A stretch of DNA of 31,662 nucleotides from a virus (IMGVR_UViG_3300037408_000147:1-31662), one strand, 5' to 3'. Counted from the stretch's first letter, positions 7,086-15,924 are shown. Made by a program: numbers and translations. Notes: generated from the sequence alone by a model not told the origin.

Positions 7086-8534
7086 ATGCCCGTGACTACT
7101 GTCCACCCGACCGTCGACGCCCTGCTGCCGCAGTGGCGCAAAGTGCGCGACTGCTGGGCCGGCGCCGAGGCCGTCAAGGCGCGTGGGACCGACTACCTGC
7201 CGATGCTCTCCTGGAAGCGCAACGCCGACAAGCGCTACAGCGATTACAAGTGCCGCGCGGATTTCGAGAACGCCGTCCGTCGCACCCTCGATGGCCTCGT
7301 CGGCCTCGTGACCGGTACGCCGCCCGAGGTGACGGTCCCGGACGAGTTTGAGCCGCGGCTCGCGGACATCACGCTCACCGGGGTGCCGTTCGACGAGTTC
7401 GCGAAGTCCGTTCTGACTCACGCGATCATGCCGGGGCGCTGCGGCATCCTCGCCGACGTAGCGGCGGACGAGCCCGGCATCGGCGGATCTCCCGAGCCGT
7501 ATCTCGCGGTCTATCAGGCCGAGGACGTCATCAACTGGCGATGGGAGCGGCGCGAGGGCGCGTCTGTGCTCATCCGGGTCGTGCTTCGCGAGGAGGTGGC
7601 AGAGCCGGACCCGAAGGACCCGTTTGCCGAGGTCTCGGTCGAGCAGTACCGCGTGGTCGAGTTGGTAGACGGGGTGCTCACCCACCAGCTCTGGCGGCAG
7701 GATCGCAACCAGTCGCAGTGGTTCCCGTACGGGGATGTGGTTGTGCCGAGGCGTGGCAACGACCCGCTGGACTTCGTGCCGTTCAAATTCGTCAACTCGG
7801 ACTCCACGTTGCCGGACCCCGGCGCGCCGCCGCTGCTTGACCTGGCCGAAATGAATCTCTCGCTGTACCGGACCTCGGCGGACCTCGAGCACGGCCGGCA
7901 CTTCACGGCGCTGCCTCAGCCGTGGATCTTCGGTGCCGACGTGAAGGGCGACGTTGAGATCGGTTCCGGCGTCGCGTGGACGTCGACGAATCCGGACACG
8001 CGCTGCGGTTTCCTCGAGTTCACGGGGCAGGGCCTGGGCGCGCTGGAGAAGGCTGTTGAGCAGAAGCGCGAGCAGATGGTGGCGCTGGGTGCGCGGCTGC
8101 TGGAGCGGCAGAAGCGCGCGGCAGAGACGGCGGAAGCGCTTCGGATCCGGCAGGCCGGCGAGCAGTCGGTGCTGGCCGGTGTCGCGCAGACCGTCGGACG
8201 GGCGCTCACCGAGGCGTTGCGGTGGTGTGTGTGGTGGCAGGACCGGGTGGTGGCGCTCGACGACCTGGACGACGAGCGGGTGTACGTGCGCTTCGCGACC
8301 GACTGGGATGCGACGACGCTCACTCCGCAGGACGCGCTGGCGCTGGCGCAGACGTGGCAGCTCGGCGGGATGAGCCGCAGGACGTACGTGTGGAACCTCG
8401 AAGAGGGGCACCTGCTGCCGCCGGACACGACGGTGGACGAGGAGATCGCGCTGATTGAGATGGAGTCGGCGCAGCGTGGCATGGGGCTCGGGGGCGAGAC
8501 GGCGCAGCCGGACGAGGACGACGAGGACGAGTAA
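7086..8534 (+). CDS. Portal protein (DUF4055-like)
   Basis: Follows TerL; 482 aa. YLP, Y..RA.F.N, INWR, EQYRV.EL, PPLLDLA.MNL.LYR.SADLEH and LGARLL motifs; acidic tail. Confidence 0.9.
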   Translation: MPVTTVHPTVDALLPQWRKVRDCWAGAEAVKARGTDYLPMLSWKRNADKRYSDYKCRADFENAVRRTLDGLVGLVTGTPPEVTVPDEFEPRLADITLTGVPFDEFAKSVLTHAIMPGRCGILADVAADEPGIGGSPEPYLAVYQAEDVINWRWERREGASVLIRVVLREEVAEPDPKDPFAEVSVEQYRVVELVDGVLTHQLWRQDRNQSQWFPYGDVVVPRRGNDPLDFVPFKFVNSDSTLPDPGAPPLLDLAEMNLSLYRTSADLEHGRHFTALPQPWIFGADVKGDVEIGSGVAWTSTNPDTRCGFLEFTGQGLGALEKAVEQKREQMVALGARLLERQKRAAETAEALRIRQAGEQSVLAGVAQTVGRALTEALRWCVWWQDRVVALDDLDDERVYVRFATDWDATTLTPQDALALAQTWQLGGMSRRTYVWNLEEGHLLPPDTTVDEEIALIEMESAQRGMGLGGETAQPDEDDEDE

Positions 8535-8665
8535 TGCCGCTCAAGAAGGGCTACTCGAAGAAGACCATCGGGGCCAACATCAAGGCCGAGCTAAAGGCGG
8601 GGAAGTCGCGGAAGCAGGCCGTGGCGATCGCTCTCAGCGTCGCGAAGAAGGCGAAGAAGAAGTAG
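8534..8665 (+). CDS. Small Lys-rich phage protein (43 aa, MPLKKGYSKKTIGANIKAELKAGKSRKQAVAIALSVAKKAKKK)
   Basis: Translated by hand. TAATG overlap with the portal stop. MPLKKG...KQAVAIA pattern recalled from head modules of other phages. Confidence 0.85.
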   Translation: MPLKKGYSKKTIGANIKAELKAGKSRKQAVAIALSVAKKAKKK

Positions 8666-8668
8666 CCG

Positions 8669-9808
8669 ATGGGCAACCTGACCGACTATCTGGCAGACCG
8701 CTTCTTCACCCACGCGGTCGATCTCGCCCGATTCGAGGCGGGCGAGCGGCGCCGTGTGCTGCGGCTGCTGAAGACGCTCGAAGCGGACCTCGTGAAGGAG
8801 ATTGCGGCTACCGATCCGAGCGGTCCCACACGTACGGCCTGGCAGCAGCGCCGGCTCGAGGCCTTGCTCGATCAGACTCGTCAGACGATCGCGAAGGCGT
8901 ATCGGCAGATGGATCGTACTCACTCGCGCGAGATGGGCGAGCTTGCTGGAATTGAGGCCGAGTGGGCCGCGGAGTCGGTCAACGACCAGCTCGGGGCAAC
9001 GGTGATGTCCGTGTCGGTGCCCGATGCTCTGCTGCGCGAGATCAGTCGGAACACCTTGATAGACGGCAACCCGGCCAGCGAGTGGTGGCAGCAGCAGGCG
9101 CAGAGCCTGCAACGTGCGGTCGCGGGCGAGCTGCGCCAGGGAATGCTTCGTGGCGAGACGATGAACGAGCTTGCGCGGCGCATTCGTGGGCGCCGCGAGA
9201 ACGGCTACGCGGACGGGCTCGTGGCCGGCGACACGAAGAAGGCGAGGCGCGATGCGCTGGCGCTGGTGCAGACGAGCGTGCAGTCCGTATCGAGTGCAGC
9301 CAGAACCGCCGTCTACGAGGCGAACGACGACGTGCTGCGCGGCACGCAGCACCTGAGCACGCTGGACTTCCGGACGTGTCCGATTTGCCAGCCGCTCGAC
9401 AACGCGGCGTGGGACTTCAACGGGAAGCCGTTGCCGGACTCGCCGTATCAGGGGCCGGATCCGAAGCTCGGCAGTCCGTCGAAGATCATGCACTGGCGCT
9501 GCCGCTGCACGCGAGTGCCGGTGCTGAAGTCGTACGATGAAATTCTCGGCACGCCGGAGGTGAACGGCCGGAAGAAGGCGGCGGTCGAGCGAATCTCGAA
9601 GTCGACCCGGGCGAGCATGGACGGCCAGGTAGCCGAGGAGATGACCTACGAGCAGTGGCTCGCGAAGAAGAGCGAGGCGCAGCAGAAGGCGGTGCTCGGT
9701 CCGGGGAAGTGGGAGCTGTGGAGGTCGGGGAAGCTCAGCTTCGAGGACATGATCGACCAGAGCGGGCGACCGCTGACGCTGCGAGAGCTGCGAGGAAACG
9801 CGCGATGA
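8669..9808 (+). CDS. Minor head morphogenesis protein (Mu gpF / SPP1 gp7, MuF family), short form
   Basis: STLDFRTCPIC..LD and HWRCRCTRVP motifs, RASMDGQV, TYEQWL...Q..VLG; position after portal. Confidence 0.9.
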   Translation: MGNLTDYLADRFFTHAVDLARFEAGERRRVLRLLKTLEADLVKEIAATDPSGPTRTAWQQRRLEALLDQTRQTIAKAYRQMDRTHSREMGELAGIEAEWAAESVNDQLGATVMSVSVPDALLREISRNTLIDGNPASEWWQQQAQSLQRAVAGELRQGMLRGETMNELARRIRGRRENGYADGLVAGDTKKARRDALALVQTSVQSVSSAARTAVYEANDDVLRGTQHLSTLDFRTCPICQPLDNAAWDFNGKPLPDSPYQGPDPKLGSPSKIMHWRCRCTRVPVLKSYDEILGTPEVNGRKKAAVERISKSTRASMDGQVAEEMTYEQWLAKKSEAQQKAVLGPGKWELWRSGKLSFEDMIDQSGRPLTLRELRGNAR

Positions 9809-10029
9809 CCCGCCTGACCATCCGCCGTCTGGCCGAGCTCGTCGGCGAGGACGCGGCGCTGCGCCTCGTGCGCGAGTTCGGCGGCGTGCGGCTCCCGTCG
9901 CGCGAGGCCGCGGACCGGCTCCGACTCTACCAGGCGATGGGCCGAGCACTCGACGAAGGCGAGACCTACACCGCTGTGGCACAGCGTTTCGGCTTCTGTA
10001 GGCGCCAAGTGATTCGAGTAGTGACATAA
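9805..10029 (+). CDS. Mor/C-like transcription activator (74 aa)
   Basis: ATGA overlap. LAELVGEDAALRLVREFGGVRLP matches the Mor-family N-terminal pattern, followed by a C-terminal HTH (TYTAVAQRFGFCRRQVIRVV). Confidence 0.75.
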   Translation: MTRLTIRRLAELVGEDAALRLVREFGGVRLPSREAADRLRLYQAMGRALDEGETYTAVAQRFGFCRRQVIRVVT

Positions 10030-10090
10030 AGTGCCGCAGTTCATGTCACCACTACGTTGCCAAACCGTGACGCATCGAACAGGCTAAGAT
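10017..10090 (+). promoter_or_regulatory. Dyad AGTAGTGACAT-N15-ATGTCACCACT plus putative promoter (TTGCCA-N17-CAGGCT) for scaffold/capsid genes
   Basis: Inverted repeat at 10017-10027 and 10043-10053 (1 mismatch), TTGCCA at 10057, CAGGCT at 10080. No obvious SD before GTG 10092. Confidence 0.45.
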
Positions 10091-10091
10091 C

Positions 10092-10862
10092 GTGCCACTG
10101 AAAGCTCAGTACGAATCCGCCGACGAAATCCCCGAGGGGCTGCGCGATTACTACGTCCAGAGGGACGGTAAGTTCGTTCTGGACCTCGACGCCGCGGACA
10201 CGGCGCCACCGGACGGCCTGCGCAAGGCGCTCGACTCCGAGCGGCGAGTACGGGCCGAAGAAGAGAGGCGCCGCAAAGCCGCGGAGTCTCAAATTGCCGA
10301 ACTGAAGGCGCAGGTGGAAGCTGCCGCGAAGGCGAAGCCGGACCGCGACGCCGCGGGCGACGATCTCCAGCGGCAGCTCGGTGCGCAGAAGAAAGCGTAC
10401 GATGAGCGGCTCGCCGCCCTCGAACGGGCGGTGCAGGCAGAGTCCGAGCGGCGCGCATCCGCAGAGAAGCGCCTCGCCGATAAAGCTATCTCCGACACCC
10501 TGCGCTCGGCTGCGATCGAGCTGGGAATCCCTTCCTCGATTGTCGACGACGTGGTGAGTCACCCTCGCATCGCCGCGCCGTGGAAGCTCAGCGACGAAGG
10601 AACGCCGCTGCTCTACGACGGCGACCAGCTCCGGTACAGCCTGAAGGACCCGTCGAGGCCGATGACCGCGGCCGAGTACCTGGCCGACGTGGCGAAGGGA
10701 TACCTCCCGCCGTCGAGTGGTGCCGGGGCTCGCGGGTCGAGCAGCACCCCGCCGCGCGGGCAGATCACGCTCTCGCGGTCGGCAGCGAAAGACATCAACG
10801 CCTACCAACGAGCGAAAGAAGCCGCCACGAAGGCGGGTCAGGAGCTTGTCATCACGGATTAA
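10092..10862 (+). CDS. Capsid scaffolding protein
   Basis: Directly upstream of the capsid gene. LK..Y...DEIPE..RDYYV..DGKFVLD start, LRKALDSER coiled coil, SSGAGA near the C-terminus. Confidence 0.85.
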   Translation: MPLKAQYESADEIPEGLRDYYVQRDGKFVLDLDAADTAPPDGLRKALDSERRVRAEEERRRKAAESQIAELKAQVEAAAKAKPDRDAAGDDLQRQLGAQKKAYDERLAALERAVQAESERRASAEKRLADKAISDTLRSAAIELGIPSSIVDDVVSHPRIAAPWKLSDEGTPLLYDGDQLRYSLKDPSRPMTAAEYLADVAKGYLPPSSGAGARGSSSTPPRGQITLSRSAAKDINAYQRAKEAATKAGQELVITD

Positions 10863-10989
10863 GGGATCCCGTCGCGTGATGCGGCGGCAACAGTGACGAA
10901 ACGGTGGTCGTGCGTGATGCGCGGCCGACGTCACACAGCCGGAGGTGAGCAAAGGCGGTGACGCAACAGACTTCGAGGTTGCAGTCATG
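10863..10989 (+). promoter_or_regulatory. Structured leader of the major capsid gene (three predicted hairpins)
   Basis: Stems at 10869-10887 and 10906-10926 both close a GTGAT loop. A third stem (10959-10987) overlaps the GAGG SD and the A of ATG 10987. Confidence 0.55.
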
Positions 10990-12129
10990 CCTAACACACT
11001 CGGCAATTACGATCCCGTAATCTATGCGTCCGAGGCCCTCGTCACGCTCAAGCGGATGCTCGGGCTCGGTTCGCGCGTCTACCGGCAGCTCGATCCGAAT
11101 CCCAACGAGCCCGGGTCCACCGTCGCGGTGCGGCGTCCGCAGTCGTTCACGGCGACCTCCATGCCGTCGAGCGCTACGGACCTGACGCCGCCCTCGTTCT
11201 CGATCAGCCTCGATCAGTGGTACGGCGTGAAGTACACGCTCTCCGACAAGGAGCTCGCGTACTCGAAGGAGCGAATCATCGCCGAACACGTCACGCCGGC
11301 GGCTCGCGCCGTCGCCAAGGCGATCGACGATTCTCTCCAGGCGCTCTACCGACAGGTCGGCTGGTATACGACGGCCACCTCCCCGCTGGCGGTGGCAGAC
11401 CTCACCGGGCTGCGCAAGATCCTGCTCGACAACCAGTGCCCGATGGACGATGGCGCGCTCTACCTGATGCTGTCGCCCACCCTCGAAGAGGAGGCGCTGC
11501 GTCGGGCCGAGTTCGCCGCGTGGTCCGGCGGTGGCAACCAGGGCGTGGAAGCTCTCCAGAGCGGCGTGCTGCGGCCCCTGTACGGAATGCAGCCGTTCGT
11601 GACGCAGAACGTGCTCACGCACACGGCTGGCGTCTGTGCGGACGCGACCGGTGCGCTCACGGCCGAGGCCGCGATCGGCGCCACGTCGATTGCGATCGAC
11701 GGCGTCACGGGGTCGGGGACCTTCAAAGCCGGCGACACGCTCATCATCGCAGGCAACACGCAGCGCTACTCGATCACGGCGGACGCAACGGCGAGCGGCG
11801 GTGGGGCGGTGACGCTGTCGGTCTGGCCGCAGCTCGTGCAGACCTACCCGAACCTGGCGGTCGTCACGATAAACCTGACCAGCGGCGTGCAGTCGCTGGG
11901 CTTCCACCGCGATGCGTTCGCGCTCGTGATGGGCACCCTGCCGGACACCCTGCCGGCCGGGGCACAGTCGGCTGCGATCTTCACGGCGCAGGACGACCAG
12001 GGCAGCGGTCTCTCGGTGCGGGCGACCAGGTGGTACGACGCAAACAACGCGGCGCACTACATGCGCCTCGACGCGCTGTGGGGCGTGAAGTGCCTGAACC
12101 CGAACCTGGCCTGCCGGCTGGTGGACTGA
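10987..12129 (+). CDS. Major capsid protein, P22 coat (gp5)-like, with insertion domain
   Basis: EAL..L, GSTVAVRRP, FHRDAFALV and RLDALWGVKCLNPNLACRL motifs. ATG 10987 has a GAGG SD at usable spacing, so it is preferred over GTG 10945. Confidence 0.92.
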   Translation: MPNTLGNYDPVIYASEALVTLKRMLGLGSRVYRQLDPNPNEPGSTVAVRRPQSFTATSMPSSATDLTPPSFSISLDQWYGVKYTLSDKELAYSKERIIAEHVTPAARAVAKAIDDSLQALYRQVGWYTTATSPLAVADLTGLRKILLDNQCPMDDGALYLMLSPTLEEEALRRAEFAAWSGGGNQGVEALQSGVLRPLYGMQPFVTQNVLTHTAGVCADATGALTAEAAIGATSIAIDGVTGSGTFKAGDTLIIAGNTQRYSITADATASGGGAVTLSVWPQLVQTYPNLAVVTINLTSGVQSLGFHRDAFALVMGTLPDTLPAGAQSAAIFTAQDDQGSGLSVRATRWYDANNAAHYMRLDALWGVKCLNPNLACRLVD

Positions 12130-12136
12130 TCGGCTG

Positions 12137-12322
12137 ATGGTCAGCGTGCCTACGATGGCGGTCCGGTGGCGTAAGCTGCCGGGCCGCGTCGTGATAATCA
12201 ACGTCTCGGACTTCGATCCGGCCCTCTACCAGAGGCTGGACGAACCCGTGCCCGTCGAGCGGGAGCCGGTTGAAGCAGAAGAGCCTCGACCGGCTCCGCG
12301 CTCTGTCGCGAGGCGACGATGA
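12137..12322 (+). CDS. Small post-capsid hypothetical protein (61 aa)
   Basis: IINVSDFDP motif, position immediately after the coat gene, ATGA overlap with the next gene. Confidence 0.7.
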   Translation: MVSVPTMAVRWRKLPGRVVIINVSDFDPALYQRLDEPVPVEREPVEAEEPRPAPRSVARRR

Positions 12323-12999
12323 GACGCTCGGCAGTTCTTCTCGCGGCGTTGCTGTGGTCGGCGGCGGCGGTGGGGCAGATTTTCCCGCTACCTCCGGAGT
12401 CGACCTACACGCCGACCCCTACGTTCACCGTTACGAGTACGCCGACGGTGACGAACACCCCTACCAGTACGCCTACGTCGACTCCTACGGCGACTCCGAC
12501 GGATACCCCTACTGCCACCCCTACCGCGACGCCGACGGACACCGTTGACCCGTCGTTCACCAACACGCCGACTCCGACGGCCACGTCCACCGCAACGAGC
12601 ACGTCCACCGCAACGAGCACCTCTACGTCGACCAGTACGTCTACTCCGACGCCTACGTTCACGCCGACTCCGGAACGTGGCGGCATCCTTGCCGAAGCGC
12701 TCACGTGTCCGACGGCGTCAACCTGCGACGGCTCTGTGGTGGATGGGCACGTCAAGTACCAGCGCACGAAGTCCATCGCCGTGGCGACCAGCGCCGGGAC
12801 CGCGTCCGTGGCCGTGATGTGCAAGGTCGTGGACAGCTTCCTCGCGCCGGACATCACGCTCGGGACTCTGACGGGTGCGACCTGCACGACGAAGGCGAAC
12901 TGCCTGCTAGAGACCACCGCCCACTGCGAGGATCTCTGGCTGCGCGTGTCGGCTTGCAACGGGTGCTACGTGAGCGGCTGGATCGCCGGGGAACCGTGA
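12319..12999 (+). CDS. Signal-peptide protein with Thr/Pro-rich linker and 8-Cys C-terminal beta domain
   Basis: [19 protein letters not shown]|Q signal peptide, about 90 aa of TPT/TST repeats, and an about 100-aa C-terminal domain with 8 Cys. Confidence 0.8.
   Translation: MRRSAVLLAALLWSAAAVGQIFPLPPESTYTPTPTFTVTSTPTVTNTPTSTPTSTPTATPTDTPTATPTATPTDTVDPSFTNTPTPTATSTATSTSTATSTSTSTSTSTPTPTFTPTPERGGILAEALTCPTASTCDGSVVDGHVKYQRTKSIAVATSAGTASVAVMCKVVDSFLAPDITLGTLTGATCTTKANCLLETTAHCEDLWLRVSACNGCYVSGWIAGEP
12403..12672 (+). repeat. Low-complexity coding repeat (Thr-Pro / Thr-Ser)
   Basis: ACN-CCN/TCN codon runs, including a tandem CACGTCCACCGCAACGAG 18-mer at 12582-12617. Confidence 0.85.
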
Positions 13000-13006
13000 G
13001 CGTGCC

Positions 13007-13531
13007 GTGGCTGTCGTCGTCGTTGCTACTGCCGGCTCGGCCTCCGCGAACAGCTACGTCACGCTCGCGGAGGCTGAGTCCTATTTCGAGTCGCGGCTGA
13101 ACGTGACCGCGTGGTCGGCTGCGACCACCGACACGAAGAACCGCGCTATCGTGCAGGCGACCCGGCACCTCGACTCCACCCTCGACTGGGTCGGGGAGAG
13201 GTCGTCCACCTCGCAGGCGCTGGCGTGGCCGCGGACGGGCGTGCTCACCCGAGACGAGGACGACTACCTCGACGACGGCACGATCCCGCAGGTGCTGAAA
13301 GACGCTACCTGCGAACAGGCGCTGGCTGAGCTCGGCGCCAACAGGGCGAGCGATCCAGGCGGCCGGGGACTTCGGCGCGTGCAGGCCGGTGACGTCGAGG
13401 TGGAGTTCGACGGAGCGACGTCGGCTGTGCAGTACGTTCTGGCGGACCTGGTGGTGGCAATGCTGGCTCCGTGGATTGCGAGTCAGACGGCCGGCGTGGG
13501 CTTCACGGCGCGCTACCTGGCGAGGGCGTGA
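13007..13531 (+). CDS. Head-tail adaptor (often annotated DnaT-like ssDNA-binding protein)
   Basis: ANSYVTLAEA..YF, QALAWPR, IP..LK.ATCE.AL and VEVEF motifs; first neck-gene position. Confidence 0.85.
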   Translation: MAVVVVATAGSASANSYVTLAEAESYFESRLNVTAWSAATTDTKNRAIVQATRHLDSTLDWVGERSSTSQALAWPRTGVLTRDEDDYLDDGTIPQVLKDATCEQALAELGANRASDPGGRGLRRVQAGDVEVEFDGATSAVQYVLADLVVAMLAPWIASQTAGVGFTARYLARA

Positions 13532-13899
13532 TGGGCCTCCGGGCGACGGTAGCGGCGGCGCTGAGCCAGGGCTTCACGGCCCTGGGGGACGTCGTGGAGG
13601 CGTGTTCGTACGTGCCGCCGAAGGGCAGCAGCAACTACAACCCTACCACGGGTGTCGTAACCGGCTCGGGGCTCACGTACACCACGTCGGCGGTGTTCAC
13701 GGGCTTCTCGCTGTTCGAGGTAGCCAACTCGGCGGCCGAGCCGAGCGACGTCAAGGTGCTGATCCAGCAGAGTGCGCTGTCTGTGCGGCCGGTGATCGGC
13801 GGCGAGATCGTGCGTTCCGACTCGGCGCGGCTGCGCATCCTGGGCGTCGAAGAGGACCCGGCCGCGGTGCTGTGGACGCTGCACACGAGGGAGCCGTGA
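13531..13899 (+). CDS. Head closure / stopper protein
   Basis: TGATG overlap, 122 aa. YNPTTG, DVKVLI and EDPA..LW.L motifs; position after the adaptor. Confidence 0.7.
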   Translation: MGLRATVAAALSQGFTALGDVVEACSYVPPKGSSNYNPTTGVVTGSGLTYTTSAVFTGFSLFEVANSAAEPSDVKVLIQQSALSVRPVIGGEIVRSDSARLRILGVEEDPAAVLWTLHTREP

Positions 13900-14258
13900 C
13901 CGTTAAGGACATGAACCCCATGATCCGGGACCGCGTCGGCAAGGTGCTGGCGGCGGTATCGCTGGACATGTGGGGTCGGATCACGCGGAAGAACCCGGTT
14001 GACACCGGGCGATCTCGTGCGGCGTGGAATCTGGCGATCAACAAGATCGACCGCACCGTCCCGGCTGAGGGCGCCAAGCAGTACCCGAAGCCAACGCCGG
14101 CGCTCGGCCGTATCGGCTACGGCGACACCGTCTACGTGACCAACGCGCTGCCGTATGTGCCGCGGCTTGAAACCGGGTGGTCGAAGCAGGCGCCGAACGG
14201 CATGGTCCGGGTGTCAGTCGAAGAGGTCCGCGCTCGCGTCGGGAGGCTCGTTCGCTGA
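13896..14258 (+). CDS. Neck / tail completion protein (HK97 gp10-like)
   Basis: GTGA overlap. PVDTGRSRAAW, NALPYVPRLE.GWSKQAPNGMV. Confidence 0.88.
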   Translation: MTVKDMNPMIRDRVGKVLAAVSLDMWGRITRKNPVDTGRSRAAWNLAINKIDRTVPAEGAKQYPKPTPALGRIGYGDTVYVTNALPYVPRLETGWSKQAPNGMVRVSVEEVRARVGRLVR

Positions 14259-14710
14259 TGGCCGCCGTGACGACCCTCACCGGGCTGCGTGCGCTCGTGG
14301 AGCAGCGGTTCACGACTGCGTGGGCAGCCGCGACGCCGATCGCCTACGAGAACGTGCCGTTTCTGGAGCCAGGCGCCGACGCCGGGACGGACCCGCAGTC
14401 GGCCGCTTCCTCGTGGGTGCGAATCACGGTGCGCGAGGGCGACGAGGAGACGGTGACGGTCGGGAACATCGCGAAGGTGCGCGTCGTCGGGATGGTGTTC
14501 ATCGACGTGTTCTCGCCGATGGGGATCGGTACGGCGACGCCGCGCGGTTACGCGGAGACGGCGGCGCAGATCTTCCGGCGGGTGTTCGTGGACGGCGTGC
14601 AGTTCCGCGCGCCGATGGTGGTGGCCCTCGGGGACCGCGGCGAGGGCTGGTGGCAGATTCAGGTGCAGGTTCCGTTCTGGTGGGATCGAATACACACGCC
14701 GGCGTCATGA
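14258..14710 (+). CDS. Tail terminator protein
   Basis: TGATG overlap. IAYENV.F, WVRITV, G.VFIDVFSP.G.G and WWQIQV.VPF motifs; precedes the tail tube. Confidence 0.8.
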   Translation: MAAVTTLTGLRALVEQRFTTAWAAATPIAYENVPFLEPGADAGTDPQSAASSWVRITVREGDEETVTVGNIAKVRVVGMVFIDVFSPMGIGTATPRGYAETAAQIFRRVFVDGVQFRAPMVVALGDRGEGWWQIQVQVPFWWDRIHTPAS

Positions 14711-14728
14711 GCCGGTAGGAGGTGACGC

Positions 14729-15895
14729 ATGGCAAAGGCAAGTTCGGCAAACGCAAAGCTCGGCTACTTGACCGAGGCAACGTGGGGGACGATTCCGACC
14801 GCTGCGATGCAGCTCGTCCCGTTTCTGCGGTCGACGCTGGCACACGACAAGCAGACGAGGGAAAGCCAGCAGATTCGCGGCGACCGGGAGATCCCGGACC
14901 TCGTCGAGGTGTTCGCGAGCGGTCAGGGCGAGGTCGAGGCGGAGCTGGTGTACTCGGCCTACAACGCCTTCATCGAGTCGGCTCTGTTCTCGGTATTCAA
15001 CCCGCAGACGTACACGGGGTCCGGTTGCGTGTTCGAGGCCGATGACGATTCCATCACGAAATCGAGCGCAAACTGGAACGCGAAATTTAGCGTCGGCCAG
15101 TACATCAAGATCTCAGGAGCGACCAACGCCGCCAACAACGGCTTCCACAAGATCAGCGCAATCACGTCCAGCAAAATTACATGCGCGACGTCAAGTTTCA
15201 CCGACGAGACGGTCGTAGGAGACATTACCATTGTCGGCTCGATCATCCGCAACGGCGTGACGCAGAAGTCCCTTGTACTCGAGCACGAGTACACGGACAT
15301 CACGCAGTTCCTGTCCATGCCGGGGGCCGTGGCCGACACCATGCGGATCAACGTCACAGCGTCGGAAATCGTCCGGGCCATCTGGGGATTCATCGGCAAG
15401 CAGGGCGAGTACGGTGCCGCCACGGTCGGCACCGGAGCTGCCTCGGCGGCCTCGACGAACGGCAGCATGAACGCCACGGCGCACGTCGGCCAGGTCGCGA
15501 TCGGCGGCACGGCCGTCTCCTGCCTCGTGCGCTCGGCAGAAATCTCCGTCGCCAACCAGGTGCGGACCCGGCCGGCCGTGGGCTCGCGGACCTCGTGCAC
15601 CCTCGGCGAAGGCCGCGTGCAGGTGACGGGAACCATCGAGGCGTACTTCGAGGACCGAAGCTACCTCGAAGCGTTCACCGACCACACGAGCAGCAGCTTC
15701 CACGTGCGGCTGTTCGACGCGGCGTCCTCCACGGGCAACGCAATCTTCATCACCCTGCCGAAGCTCTACTTCGCGCAGGGCTCGATCGCCGACATCCCGG
15801 GGCCGGACCAGGACATCATGCAGCGGCTGAACTTCCAGGCGGTTCTCGACGCGACCACCGACTGCACGATCCAGATCGACACGTTTGCGGCGTAA
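14729..15895 (+). CDS. Major tail tube protein with inserted beta domain
   Basis: AGGAGG RBS. Y..E.TWG..P, ES.QIR.DR, VTGTIEAYFED and ITLPK motifs; precedes the chaperones and tape measure. Confidence 0.88.
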   Translation: MAKASSANAKLGYLTEATWGTIPTAAMQLVPFLRSTLAHDKQTRESQQIRGDREIPDLVEVFASGQGEVEAELVYSAYNAFIESALFSVFNPQTYTGSGCVFEADDDSITKSSANWNAKFSVGQYIKISGATNAANNGFHKISAITSSKITCATSSFTDETVVGDITIVGSIIRNGVTQKSLVLEHEYTDITQFLSMPGAVADTMRINVTASEIVRAIWGFIGKQGEYGAATVGTGAASAASTNGSMNATAHVGQVAIGGTAVSCLVRSAEISVANQVRTRPAVGSRTSCTLGEGRVQVTGTIEAYFEDRSYLEAFTDHTSSSFHVRLFDAASSTGNAIFITLPKLYFAQGSIADIPGPDQDIMQRLNFQAVLDATTDCTIQIDTFAA

Positions 15896-15924
15896 TCGCC
15901 GCACCAGCCTAGGGAGGGCTGCTG

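Noticed and set aside
8669-9808. MuF polymorphic toxin
   Set aside because: The protein ends shortly after the MuF core with no toxin extension, and the next gene is Mor-like rather than an immunity gene.
10863-10986. Known riboswitch, tRNA or intrinsic terminator
   Set aside because: No consensus I recognise, no cloverleaf and no U-tract after the stems. Kept only as an unclassified structured leader.
6771-12201. Long minus-strand ORFs (6771-8411, 8591-10027, 10041-11006, 10852-12201) and similar ones elsewhere
   Set aside because: They are antisense shadows of well-supported + strand genes, expected in high-GC DNA, and show no recognisable motifs.
12405-12959. Minus-strand Val/Gly-repeat membrane protein
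   Set aside because: It is the reverse complement of the Thr/Pro repeat of the + strand gene.
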